DNA of 64,000 nucleotides from Malacoraja senta (taxonomy: Eukaryota). The stretch is from contig CM075988.1 of assembly GCA_038087875.1 (NCBI GenBank), forward strand, positions 1,426,001 to 1,490,000, written 5' to 3'. The position numbers and the translations under genes were made by a program. The notes under the pieces were generated by a model. The model worked only from the letters and a program-made list of their open reading frames with translations, was not told the DNA's origin and ran no database searches. Shown here piece by piece: positions 1 through 12,414 of this stretch (its first letter is position 1; each line of letters starts with the position of its first letter).

Positions 1-95
1 GTGATGGCAGTGGGTATGAGTGGTGGCAGGTGCAGTGGTAGTATTGATGGCAGTGGGCATGGGGACAGATGGTGATGGCAGGTGCAGTGGTGTGA
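1..95. repeat. Degenerate GTG-rich low-complexity tandem repeat
   Basis: Recurrent gtgatggcag / gtggtggcag / ggtgcagtgg units. Confidence 0.6.
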
Positions 96-532
96 GGGCT
101 ATTAAGTGTGCACAGTGGAGGTCTGCTGAGGATTTGAGATAATAGGTGAGAGGAGTGGTAACGAAGGATGAGGCGTGACCTGATGAGGATAATGAGGATT
201 GTTAAACAATGCACTCTGGCTTGCTGGCATTCCACTGATCACTGACAGGACTTTGTACAGAAAAGTATCATGTACCAATCCCTCTTTACTCCATTGTGGA
301 TGTGGTTGTGTGCAGAATAATTGATTGATTACAGTACGAACGGCCATTCAGCCTCAGTATTGGCTTTGTTTAAGAGCAGTCCAGATCATACTGCTCCGCC
401 AGCCCCTGCAAACTTTCCTCAGATACTTGCACAGCTTTCCATGGAAGGCTACAATTAAATCTGGCTCCATTACATGTGCATTCCAGCCAGCTCCTGTGTT
501 TTGAAGAAATCTGCTACTTTTGCTGAGGAACT

Positions 533-828
533 TCAAGAGTCAAGTCAAGAGTGTTTTATTGTCACATGTCCCAGATAGGACAATAAATTCTTGCTTGCTG
601 CAGCAAAACAGAATATGTAAACAGTACATAATGGGAGAAAAAAAGAAAAAAGTTCAGTGTGTATATATATATATATATATATATACACACCTACACACAC
701 ATGCTCAATAAATAAACAAATATAGTTCAATAATATAATAGTCTGTTGCAGTTCAGAGCTTATTTGTTGTAGTGTTTAATAGCCTGATGGCTGTAGGGAA
801 GAAGCTGTTCCTGAACCTGGACGTTACA
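533..828 (-). mobile_element. Rex1/Babar LINE 3' end
   Basis: Minus strand encodes TSRFRNSFFPTAIRLLN, followed by a 3' UTR and a (CTTGA)n-type tail; contains (TA)n at about 662-684. Confidence 0.75.
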
Positions 829-2270
829 TCTACCCAATCAATTCCTCTCATGATTTTGTACACCTCTATAAGATCTCCCCTCATCCTCCTGTGCTCCATG
901 GAATAGAGACCCAGCCTACTCAACCTCTCCCTTTTGCTCACACCTAGTCCTGACAACATTCTCGTAATTTCGTTTCTGAATCCTTTCAAGCTTGACAATA
1001 TCTTTCCTGTAACATGGTGCCCAGAGCTGAACACAATATTCTAAATGCAATCTCACCAACGTCTTATACAACTGCAACATGACCTCCCAACTTCTATACT
1101 CAATACTCTGATTGATGAAGGCCAAAGTGCCAAAAGTCTTTTTGACCACCTTATCTACCTGCAACTTCAATTTCAACGAACCATGCACCTGTACTCCTAG
1201 ATCCCTCTGCTCTACAACACTACCCAGAGGCCAACCATTTACTATGTAGGTCCTGCCCTTTTTCGACATCTCAAAATGCAACACCTCACACTTCTCTGTA
1301 TTAAATTCCAACAACCATTCCTTCGCCCGCCTGGCCAATTGATCCCGATCCTGCTGCAATCGTTCACAACCATCTTCACTATCTGCAAAACCACTAACTT
1401 TTGTATCATCAGTAAACTTGCTAATCTTGCCCTGTATGTTCTCATCCAAATCATTGATGTAGATGCCAAACACTAATGGGCCCTGCACCGACCCTGAGGC
1501 ACACCACTAGTCACAGGCCTCCAGACTGAGAAGCAACCCTCCACCATTACCCTCTGCTTCCTTCCATTTAGCCAATTTTCTATCCATTGCTAGCCAATTT
1601 GCTATCCATCTCTCCAAGGATCCCATGTGCTCTAACTTTCCAGCCTACTATGCGAAACCTTGTCGACTGCTTTGCTGATGTCCATGTATACATCTACAGC
1701 TCTGCCCTCATCAACCTTTTTGGTTACGTCTTCAAAAAAATCAATCAGATTTGTGAGACATGACTTCCCACGTACAAAACTCTGACTATCCCTAATCAGC
1801 CCTTGCCCATCCAAATGCCTGTATAACCTATCCCTCAGAATATTCTCCAGTAACTTACCAACTACAGATGTTAAGCTCACTGGCCTACATTTCCCAGCAT
1901 TTTCCCTGCAGCCCTTCTTGAAAAAAGGTATAACATTTGTCACCCTCCAGTCTTCTGGCACCTCTCCTGTATTTAAAGATGACTCGTAAATTTCAACCAA
2001 GGCTCCTGCAATTTCCTCTCTAGTTTCCCCACAATGTCCTCGGATATATTAGATCAGGCCCTAGAGATTTGTCTACCTTCAAACACGACGGTACCTTCAG
2101 TACTTCTTCGACAGTAACCCTGACTGCTCTCAAGGCACTTTTCGTGAGTGCTCCCATTTCCTCTGTCCTACTGTCTTTCTCCTCGGTAAATACAGAGGGG
2201 AAATACTCATTTAGGACCTTGCCCATCTCCAATAGCTCCACACAGAGGTGATCGCTTTGATTCCTGAGAT
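829..2270 (-). mobile_element. CR1 LINE ORF2 fragment (decayed RT)
   Basis: ORFs with VPEDWRVTNVIP, RPVSLTSVVGK, SCLTNLIDFF, KFTDDTK, HLEYCVQLW; several frameshifts. Confidence 0.9.
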
Positions 2271-2419
2271 GTCCCACACTCTCTCTAGTTACCCTTTTCT
2301 CCCTTCAGTGTTCATTCCTAATCAGTGTAGCTTTCTCAAACAGCCATTCTGTCACAACTCGTCCGCACAGACCCAGGTGCAACATGACGTCCCAACTCTT
2401 GAACTCCATGCCCAGACTG

Positions 2420-2490
2420 ATGTCCTGCTGAGTTACTCCAGCATTTTGTGTCAATCTTTGGTGTAAACCAGCATCTGCAGTTCCTTCCTA
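2420..2490 (+). mobile_element. Penelope-derived short repeat (3' terminus)
   Basis: gctgagttactccagcattttgtgtc...accagcatctgcagttccttcc matches the terminus of the coding PLE at 21213-21300. Confidence 0.7.
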
Positions 2491-2499
2491 CTTATACCT

Positions 2500-2830
2500 C
2501 TAGGTCTCTCTATTTTACCATGCTCCTCAGTGCCCTGCTATTTACTTTGTATGTGTACCCTGATATAACCTTCCAAAATACATCTCTGTGCACTTGTCTG
2601 CATTAAATTCTATCTGCCATTCCTTTGCCCGTTTACCCAGTTGATCTAGAATCTGTGGTAGCCGTAGACAACCTTCTTCACTTGCTACTACACCACCAAT
2701 TTTGGTGTCACCTGCAAACTTACTAACAATGCCACTCACATTCTCAACAGAATAGTTAATATAGATGGCTAAGCAACAGTGGACCCAGCATTGATGACTA
2801 CGGCATACAGGCCTCGAATCTGAAACTCTG
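2500..2830 (-). mobile_element. Old CR1 RT fragment
   Basis: SKFAGDTKIGG...LGKRAKEWQIEFNADKC. Confidence 0.8.
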
Positions 2831-3389
2831 GTCTGTGGCACTGTGAGGCAGTGGCTCTTCATGTGCTGGGAGTGGAGGGATATGGACCACATGCAAGCAG
2901 AGGAGATCAGTTTCTCTCCCCAGTTGCAATGTAGTTCAAGTAGTTGTGTTCATTAATAGATTTGCTGTGGGAATATTCAGTTGCTTCAATTCTATCTATA
3001 TGCAAGAAATAGACTGTGGACAGCATGGCACAGTGTATGTGTGTGATGTGCAGCTGTTTACCATCTAGGCATGTGAATCTGTTATAGTACATCTTTAGTG
3101 GATGTTCAGTGCGTGGTGGAGATTTTGGATCGCAAGGGTCTGTGATCAGTCTGTACATGTGTATGGCTTTGGTGTGCATTGCTGGTATCTGTCAAACCCA
3201 AATGGCACAACCATTAACTTCAAGTTGAGCGTAGTGTGTTGGCAAATTAGATCGCTGCTTGAGTCTACCACTGGTTGACAGTTTTACATAATTGCTGCTC
3301 CAAGACACATTTCTGGGGAATTTATTTGTTCTACTGATATCAAAATAGCTGTCTCTTGTAACCATCTCTTGGGATTTGTTGGAATCGCC

Positions 3390-3560
3390 CCCACCCTCCT
3401 CCCCAACTCCTATTTTCCATCTTTCTCCCCCTTACTACAATGTCCGAGGAGGGGTCCCGACCTGAAATGTCGCCGATTTATGTCCTAAAGTGATGCTGTC
3501 TGATCTGCTGATCTTTGTTGGAGTAATTCAGACTCTAATATCTGTGGTTCCTTGTGTTGT
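3390..3560 (+). mobile_element. Penelope-derived short repeat with decayed hammerhead motif
   Basis: ccgaggaggggtcccgacctgaaatgtc at 3444-3471 is a mutated copy of ctgaagaagggtctcgacccgaaacgtc. Confidence 0.6.
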
Positions 3561-3823
3561 CTGGTTTTAATGTTTGGGCTTTGTATGATGTGCTTCAAAT
3601 GTTTCTCTGTGCATTGAAGCTTTCTTCTGCATTGGTCTGATACTACTTCTGCAATGGTCTATCCATCATAGACAAGAATATCATCGGCCTGGTCTGCATG
3701 CCAGCAAAGCTGATCTCATCTCCCCTAAAGTTCTTATGATTCACAATAGCATTCTGAGCAACTAATACCACCAGAAAGTTTATTGATGGTTGATGATGAT
3801 GAGCTCCTCATTTTTTATATCTA

Positions 3824-5376
3824 TAATTATATGTGTCTTTTTACAATACTGCACACAAAAATGTGACAAGGGGTCAAATTTCAAATTCTTTCAAAAAAGT
3901 TGACAAGCACTTTATTGGGTTCATGACTAACATAGCATTAACAACAAATATAAGAAAAGATAATAATAATAATAATAATGGATGGGATTTATATAGCGCC
4001 TTTCTAATACTCAAGGCGCTTTACATCGCATTATTAATTCGCTCCTCAGTCACACTCGGTGGTGGTGAGCTACTTCTGTAGCCACAGCTGCCCTGGGGCA
4101 GGCTGACGGAAGCGTGGCTGCTAATCTGCGCCTACGGCCCCTCCGACCACCACCAATCACTCACACACATTCACACACATTCACACGCAGGCAAAGGTGG
4201 GTGAAGTGTCTTGCCCAAGGACACAATGACAGTATGCACTCCAGTGACCTGGTTGGCGCAGTAAGTACACATATTCCTTATTCCTTTCTATGTTCATGAA
4301 TACCACATGGAACAATAAAATAGCAAACACCACTTCCACTTCATTCACTTGATCATGTAGCAGAGTACTGCATCCATCTAAGTGGACACCGCAACTCGCG
4401 TTACACAAACGTTCGTTGCGGTGAACACTAAAAGGTTTGGTGTCCCAGAAAACGTATGTTACATTATTAGTGAGAACCAAGCATTTTCACCAATGCGATC
4501 TAAACGGTACATTACCTTATGTATTTGAGCTATCGATGGCCGATGATTCGTCAGATCGTTTGATTTGGGCTGATTTTTTTGTAAGTAAAATGTCTCCGTA
4601 ACGGTCGTTGCGGAGCTTCCAGCGATTGACATTAAGGAATGAAGTTAGCGACTTGGTCCGTACGACAGGTAAACAAGAGACCGTGTGTTGCCAAATTTAA
4701 GATTGGCTCAGTTTCTCAGTTTTGATAACCGATTTATGTCCAAACATTTTTTTTAATAGATTTTAAAACATCGGAAAATATATCGTAAACGGTCGTGGCG
4801 TTTTTGACACCACGATGTTTTTGATATATTAAATTGGAAAATAAGAACAAATAATTAACTCACCCAAAGATCGCTACTACCATAGCATACTCGTTGGGTG
4901 TTTGAAAAGCATTAGAGGTTTGGAGCCTCCGTGGTTTAACTTACGGAGGTACCGACCCCGATAACGGGCGTTGTGACAATGGACACCAAGCACAACGACC
5001 GTTACGGGATCTTTACTGTACTATATTACCTTTATGTTACTGTATTTTTCTCCTAGTATAGATGAAGATATTTCCCTAGATAATTATCAAAACGTATATG
5101 TATGACGGGCCATGTGAAGTTTCTTTATGAATTAAATATTCATGACTAAATGTGGCAGAGTCACACTTTTGGTGTCCAAAATGGTGGGAAAACGATGAAA
5201 ATTTGTCTGTTATGAAAAAAGTTTATCACTTTCGGTCGGTTATCTAATTTATATCTGCTATTTGTAAGGTTTCACGATGGGTAGAGTTTTGTTAAGAACA
5301 GCGTATTGGTGAAAAAGTGAATGCTAATCTTGTTCGCCAAAAACTCTCCAGTATTGTTAAAAGACACATATAATTA
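3824..5376. mobile_element. Unclassified non-autonomous element with 28-bp TIRs
   Basis: taattatatgtgtctttttacaatactg (3824-3851) versus reverse complement of 5349-5376, one mismatch; internal inverted motifs; AT-rich yet CpG-retaining. Confidence 0.75.
3961..4243 (-). mobile_element. CORE-type SINE with L2-like tail, 5'-truncated
   Basis: Minus strand has the CORE-like gtgtccttgggcaagacacttcaccc, an aaggcgctatataaat stem-loop tail and (ATT)n. Confidence 0.75.
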
Positions 5377-5559
5377 ATTCCTGCCATTTGGTACACAAAA
5401 TGTTCGCACTGTTCCGATTTGATAGATATAATCAAATGTCTTCATCAGATGATGGTTGCTCTTGTGTACATTGTTCATGTGAAATCAAATCAATCCTCAC
5501 TGTTCGACATATCAATACATACCAACCTTGATACCCCAGAAGGCAGAGTGTCCACTAAT

Positions 5560-7212
5560 GTGATGATGTCGTCTTAGTCACTGGAATTCGTGATTCAGCT
5601 TTTTCATACCTGGTAGAGCATGTCATGGAGGATGTGCTACTGGGTTTACTTGCAGCTTGAGGTGGGATTTTCACTTGTTCATTCAATACAAGAAAACTCA
5701 AATCAGCTGTAGCTTGTTGAGTGTAGAATTTGTGTCTGCAGTAACCTTTACTCATCCCCAGTGCTCTCATCTATCCTGTTTACTGGGTTGCACGACTACT
5801 ATGACTTGGCGCAGTTCTGTTGAAGTCTTGTTTGACCTTGGTACTGAATTTAGAGAAAACAAAGTGGCTTCAGCTTGTTGACCTGCATCATACACCTTGC
5901 AATCGTCTGGGACTAGTGTCCATACTGGAGAGCTATTCCTCAGACTAGTTAAACAACAACTGTAAGTAGTCATACCCATAGACCTGTTGTCAGGCAATGT
6001 GCAGGATCTTTGTCACAATCCCTGGTTGTGTTCTGTCCCATTGAAAGAACAGACCAACGAGATGTGATGACACGAGAAGTGGGAGAGATCACTTGCAAAG
6101 TTCTTAACGTTGATTCTGGGTCTTTTGAGGTCTCACGACCTTGGGTCCAACATGGTAACTGATTGACCATGTTCTGTGTCCTCATTCGGCTGCTGCAGCA
6201 ATGCTCTCAGGTGGAGTCATCTTGTAATCTGCTGTCTTTCAACTTTTAACGTCACGGGGATCCAATGGCATTCTCTGATGTTTTGTGGAGTTTCTCCTCA
6301 TGACAATGGGGTTTTCCACGGGTATTTTGGTTTCTTCCTGCACCCTGAAGATTTCTAGGTTGCCAGATTAATTGTCCAATTTAAATTGTCCCCAGTGTGT
6401 AACTGAGTGGTGGAATCTTGGAGACTTGATGGTCATGTGGAACGGACTTGATGGGCTGAAGTGCCTTTTCTGTGCCTTACAACTCTCTGCCGCTGTATGT
6501 TGAACAATGCTTGGCTAAAACACAAAGTAACGGGTGCACAGACTGTTTGTTGAGTTGGGGAAGTCAAACTCCAACACCAAGAATGATTTAATGGCACCAT
6601 CACTGAATCAACTGGCTAAATCCTTCAAGATTTTGCTGCCAGACTGGGTTTTCTGACAGTGAGTGGAACCAGAATGAAATCCCCACTTGCTTTTGTCTTT
6701 GCCCGCTACCTGTGACAGATGCATCTGTCCATGGAAGAATTGGTAGAATGGGCCATTGTACAGCACTTGCAGAACCAAAGTCACCTTCACTTTGGAGTAA
6801 AAAAGACACAAACGACTTCCTGAGATCCCCACCATTACAAAGACATTACAATGCTTTAGCAATTTGACCCTTGCTCAAAATATTTGATCATTAGATGGAC
6901 CAGTAGGATCATATGTTCCACAACCAGCTGGAACATTTTATGATCTCAATGTTCTATCCACCTGCCAGTATGTCTGGTACATTAATGATGTTGTTATCTA
7001 ATGGACAGTGCCCATTATCTCCTGTTCACGAAGCGTAGGATACATCTAATGTGGCTATAAACCAACACTGATACCAATACTATAAACCAATTCAGTGTTC
7101 TTCCAAAATGATGAAAGCTGTCATCAACAATGCTATAAAGTGGTAGTTGTGCACCGTTACTTAGTTGTGTCCCATATGGACATATTCTGATTTTGTCCTT
7201 GATCCAAACCAA
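5560..7212 (-). pseudogene. Fossil Gypsy/Ty3 pol remnant (RT, RNase H, start of integrase region)
   Basis: Decayed motifs in Gypsy order on the minus strand: KIRIC, FGR, PDILAGG*NIE (DDILVxG-like), TDASxxG, ETSKDP..L..LQVI. Confidence 0.5.
6185..6480 (+). mobile_element. HE1-like V-SINE (old)
   Basis: V-domain remnant tgtggagtt...gggttttccacggg...ggtttcttcctgcac...aaattgtcccc, with a CR1-type tail. Confidence 0.6.
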
Positions 7213-7947
7213 CTAGAAACAAGATGAATCTCTGCTCCTGACCTTCAAGGCAACAAGTCAGCATTGCATCAAGGAGCCATGGTATAGGTAAAATCAGTGG
7301 GTATCAAGGGGAATCTACTCCAGCGCTTGGAATTGTACCTCGCACAGAGGGAAGTTAGACTGTCAAACTTCTTAATCACAGGATATCACGACTTTTTTTC
7401 CCTGTTGCCAGCCGGGCCACCTTGGCAGCTTTTTGGTTGCCAAATGACAGTTTAGGTGGTTATTTTAGACAGTTTGCATGACACGTGCGATAATGTGCTC
7501 GGACGAAGTGCGTAGTTACCAGTCAGAATTATGCTCAATGACGCATTCACATATTATTTCTGCTTCAAATAAAGTCACAAACTAAACATATTCGCCAATC
7601 AATACATGATATATACCACAATGACATGCAGCAAAATTATAATACAGTATCTCAACTCTTTTTACACATTGCAATTAATGCAATTTCTATTAGTTCTTTC
7701 CACTTCCAAACAAAAATGTGGTTGGATTATTCAGCGTATGATCAACTTGTGTCAATAAATCCTGGACCATGATAACATATATGCTTAACCATGCACACTA
7801 CAGATTGATGCAAGCATGTTTTCTGTGAAGGACCGAAAATTACCATGACATGGCCATAGCATGGGTCGTTATTGCTATTGGTACCGAAACACTCTCGCTT
7901 CCCACATAATTTATCCATAACAAAATATACAGGTTGCAAGGACATTT

Positions 7948-10423
7948 TTTTTCTTAAAAAAAAAAAAATTGTTATTTATTAGAAGTACAGTAAATTACAA
8001 TAAATTACATTAATACACACCACGTATATCTTATTACATTTAATGTACCCCTTCATTTTTTAAAGCTATTAAGAAAAGATGGAAATTGAGAAAATAGAGA
8101 AAGTGAAAGAAAATAGTGTTAGTGTAAAAGCGTGACGAAAGGAAAGAAGAAGACCCTTTAGACGAGAAATTAGAGAAAAGAAATTAAGAGACCCTAGGAA
8201 AGAAAAAAGAGAAAGACAGATACTCTATTATGAACATCGTGCAAAAGGGATATACCAGCTCGCCACTTTTCATCCCCCTTTACCAAGTCCTGACACCAGT
8301 GCCTTTTTAAAGTACTGTTGCACCTTATGCTTGTAGTAATTCTATAAATGAAGACCACGTCCTATAGAAGTGATCTGATTTGTCTGCCAGGAGGAGTCTC
8401 ATCTCTTCCAGGTGTAATGTTTCAAACATATTTGAAATCCACATGTTTATTGTTGGTATAGGAGCGTTTTTCCAGAATTTTAGAATAAGCTTTTTTCCAG
8501 TTATTAACCCGTAATCAAATAGGTTCTTTTGAAACACATTTAATTCAGGGCTACCTTCCGTTGTTCCAAAGATAATCCATTCTGCTTTTGGTATCAGTTT
8601 TATTTTAAATAATTTTGTAAAGATTTCAAAAATTTCAATCCAAACTTTTTGGATTTTTATACAAAAGACAAATGAATGCGCTATAGTAGCTTCTTGAGAC
8701 TGGCATTTTTCACAGATAGGTGATACGTTGGGAAAAAGTTTACTTATTTTGGTTTTTGAATAGTATAATCTGTGTAAAATTTTAAATTGGATTAAAGTGT
8801 TACATTAATCGAGCATTTGAGCACATTTAATAAATGTTCATCCCACCTCTCTTTTGAAATTTTAACAGCTAATTCTTGTTCCCAGTCTCTTCTAATACCA
8901 TCCGTTGCTGGTATTTCTACATTTAAGATAATATTATACAAATATGATATTAAGTTTGCTGATTCGGCTTTTGTCTTCATTTCTTCGTCCAGTAAATCTA
9001 ATGGCATATTGTAATAATCTTGTGTATATTTTTTCAGATAATCACATATTTGAAAATATTTAAAATATTGATTGTTTCCCAGATTATATTTTAGTTGTAA
9101 TTGTTGGAATGATAGTAATTTCCCAGTTTCATACAAGTCTCCGAGCGTTTTAATTCCTATTCTTTCCCATTGTGTAAATGATTTGTCTATAATGGAGGGT
9201 TTAAACGAAGGGTTATTAACTATTGGAGGTAAGAGCGATAGATTTCTTAATTTTAAATTATGTTTTATTTGTTTCCAAGTTCTAATTGTACTATGTATAA
9301 TTGGATTTTTGTTATAGTTTGTGTTATTCAACTTCATTGGTGAGAGGAGGATCGCTCCAATATTACAAGGGGAGCAGTCCTCTCTCTCCATTATAATCCA
9401 ATCCACCTGCTGGGCAGAGTTGTCCAGCATTTGAATCATATTTTTAATATTTACTGACCAATAATAGTACATAAAGTTAGGGAGTGCTAAACCACCTTAT
9501 ACTTTAGGTTTGTTCAAATGTGTTCTTTGTATTCTTTGGGATTTATAATTCCATATACAATTTGTAATGTCTGAATCCAGTATTTTAAAAAACTTTTTTG
9601 GTAGGTATATAGGAATTGATTGGAATAGGTATAGAATTTGTGAATTTGTAAGAAGATCATTTTTATAGCCTTTATTCGACCTATTAAAGACATCGGAAGC
9701 GTTTTCCAGAATTTAATTAAAGTATTTAATTTCTTAAGTAGAGGATTATAATTTGCGTTAAACATGGCTTGATATTTTCTGGTAATTTCAATACCCAAGT
9801 ATTTACATTTTTCTATAGCTATTTTAAAAGGGAATTTTAAGAGGTGTGTTGAGTTTCGGTTTTATTGACATAATTTCACTTTTGTTCCAGTTTATTCTGT
9901 ATCCAGAAAAGGATCCAAAATCCTCAATTAAAGTTAATATGTTTGGTATAGTAGTTTGAGGTTTTGTGATGTACAATAGTACATCATCAGCGTATAAAGA
10001 TATTTTATTATTTGAATATTTTGTATTATAGCCATGGATATTCAGATGTGTTCTAATTCTTTCCGCTAGAGGTTCAATTATAAGAACAAATAACAGTGGT
10101 GATAGTGAGCATCCTTGTCTATTACCCCTTGATAATTGGAATTTCGTAGATAATATGTTATTAGTTAATATTCTAGCCGTAGGCTTATTATATAATAATT
10201 TAATCCATAGGATGAAATTCTCTCCCATTTGGAATTTTTGCAATACTTTAACCATGTAATCCCATTCCACTTGATCAAATGCTTTTTCTGCATCCAACGA
10301 AATAATTGATAATTCTTGTTCTTCAGTTTTATGTGAATGCATTATGTTGAGCAGATGTCTCAGATTATTAGATGATTGTCTCTTAGGGATAAACCCCGTT
10401 TGATCCGGATTTATTAATTTACT
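7948..10423 (-). mobile_element. L1-clade LINE, 5'-truncated, with 10-bp TSD
   Basis: INPDQTGFI, SLDAEKAFD, RQGCSLSPLLF, LYADD, GYRINWNKS; T/A-rich tail; TSD aaggacattt at 7938-7947 and 10424-10433. Confidence 0.92.
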
Positions 10424-10453
10424 AAGGACATTTCTAAAGGCATTTTATGATAA

Positions 10454-11616
10454 TAGACAGTAGACAATAGGTGCATGAGTAGGCCATTCGGCCCTTCGAG
10501 CCAGCACCGACCGCCATTCAATGTGATCATGGCTGATCAACCCAAATCAGTGCCCCGTTCCTGCCTTCTCCCCATAGCCCCTATCTCCGCTATTTTTAAG
10601 AGCCCTATCTAGCTCTCTCTTGAAAGCATCCAGAGAACCCGCCTCCACTGCCCTCTGAAGCAGAGAATTCCACAGACTCGCCACTCTGAGAAAAAGTGTT
10701 TCCTCGTCTCCGTTCTAAATGGCTTACTCCTTATTCTTAAACTGTGGCCCCTGGTTCTGGACTCCCCCAACATCGCGAACATGTCTCCTGCCTCCAGCTT
10801 GTCCAAACCATTTAACAAACTTATATGTTTCATTGAGATCCCCTCTCGTCCTTTTAAACTCCAGAGTGTACAAGCCCAGCCACTCCATTCTCTCAGCATA
10901 TGACAGTCCCGCCATCCCGGGAATTAACCTTGTAAACCTACGCTGCACTCCCTCAATAGCAAGAATGTCCTTCCTCAAATTAGGGGACCGAAACTGTACA
11001 CAATACTCCAGGTGTGGTCTCACTAGGGCTCTGTACAACTGCAGAAGGACCTCTTTGCTCCTATATTCGATTCCTCTTGTTATAAAGGCCAACATGCCAT
11101 TCGCTTTCTTCACTGCCTGCTGTACCTGCATGCTTACTTTCATACACTGATGTACAAGGACCCCCAGATCACATTGTACTTCCCCTTTTCCCAACTTGAT
11201 GCCATTTAGATAGTAATCTGCCTTCCTGTTTTTGATACCAAAGTGGATAACCTCACATTTATCCGCATTAAACTTCATCTGCCATGCATCTGCGCACTCC
11301 CGCAACACGTCCAAGTCACCCTGCACTCTCATAGCATCCTCCTCACAGTTCACACTGCCACGCAGTTTTGTGTCGTCTTCAAATTTTCTAATGTTACTTT
11401 GAATCCCTTCATTCAAATCTTTAATGTATATTGTAAATAGCTGCGGTCCCAGCACCGAGCCTTGCTAGTCACTGCCTGCCATTCTGAAAGGGACCTGTTA
11501 ATCCCTACTCTTTGTTTCCTGTCTGCCAACCACTTCTCTATCCATGTCAGCACTCTACCCCCAATACCATGTGCCCTAATTCTGCCCACTAATCTATGTG
11601 GGACCTTATCAAATGC
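10454..11616 (-). mobile_element. CR1 LINE 3' portion with tail
   Basis: ORF 10724-11455 (GPQLFTIY...HLEYCVQF), 3' UTR and ctattgtct-type tail. Confidence 0.92.
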
Positions 11617-12414
11617 CGGATGGCCTACTCCAGCACCTATTGTCTATTGTCCATTATTTGATAAAAGCTGTTAAAACCGACTACCCATCTGACAGGTTAA
11701 CCACTACACTAACTGACATGAGATGGCCAAAGGACATAACTGCAGCAAATGTTCTTTTGGTAATATGTTTAAAGGTGTCAAAACGCCACATTACCGGACA
11801 TTCATATTAGATGTACGTGTTGTGAACAGCAATGAAGATACCCAGTTTGTACGCACCAGATTTTAAAGAAATTATTGATAAACATTTCCATCATTCCCAC
11901 TTCAGAATTAACGTTAAAATTTCAACTGAAATATCTCCTGACCAAATTTGTGATGTATATGACCGACTAGAAGTAAAAGCTGGATAAATCCAATGTATAG
12001 TTGTGAATGTTGCTCATTAAATAACTACAGTACTGATACTCCATATTAAGAGCATTGATTTGCCGTTAAAATTAATTCTGTAATAACGTGTCAACGATAG
12101 CAGTGACAATCGGACACTGCGGTTTTAATGTTTCACGTGTTCACAATTTAATTAATCCATTTTATGGACTAAGACAAATAATAACATTGGGAATTAAAGC
12201 ACATTTGATTGCATTCCGTTATCAAACATAGTCAATGTTCGCTCTAAAGACATTCCCAGCACAATAGGGTCAGGGGTAGTGGGGGGTTGTGTGTGTGAAT
12301 CAGTGAGGGGTGGATAGATGGCGGGGGGGTTGAGAAGGCAATCGGTGCGGAATGGATGAATTGAGGCAGGTGAACTAGTACGTGTTGGTTGGAGTATGTA
12401 AAATTGTGAGGGGA

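Larger units (their letters stand above)
7392..12260. mobile_element. Probable non-autonomous DNA element, split by L1 and CR1 insertions (segments about 7392-7947, 10434-10453, 11652-12260)
   Basis: AT-rich, CpG-retaining sequence of similar character on both sides of TSD-bounded inserts; termini not found. Confidence 0.35.

Noticed and set aside
4244..5376. Microbial contamination suggested by CpG content
   Set aside because: Bounded by TIRs, contains a vertebrate SINE within the same element and has no gene-like ORFs
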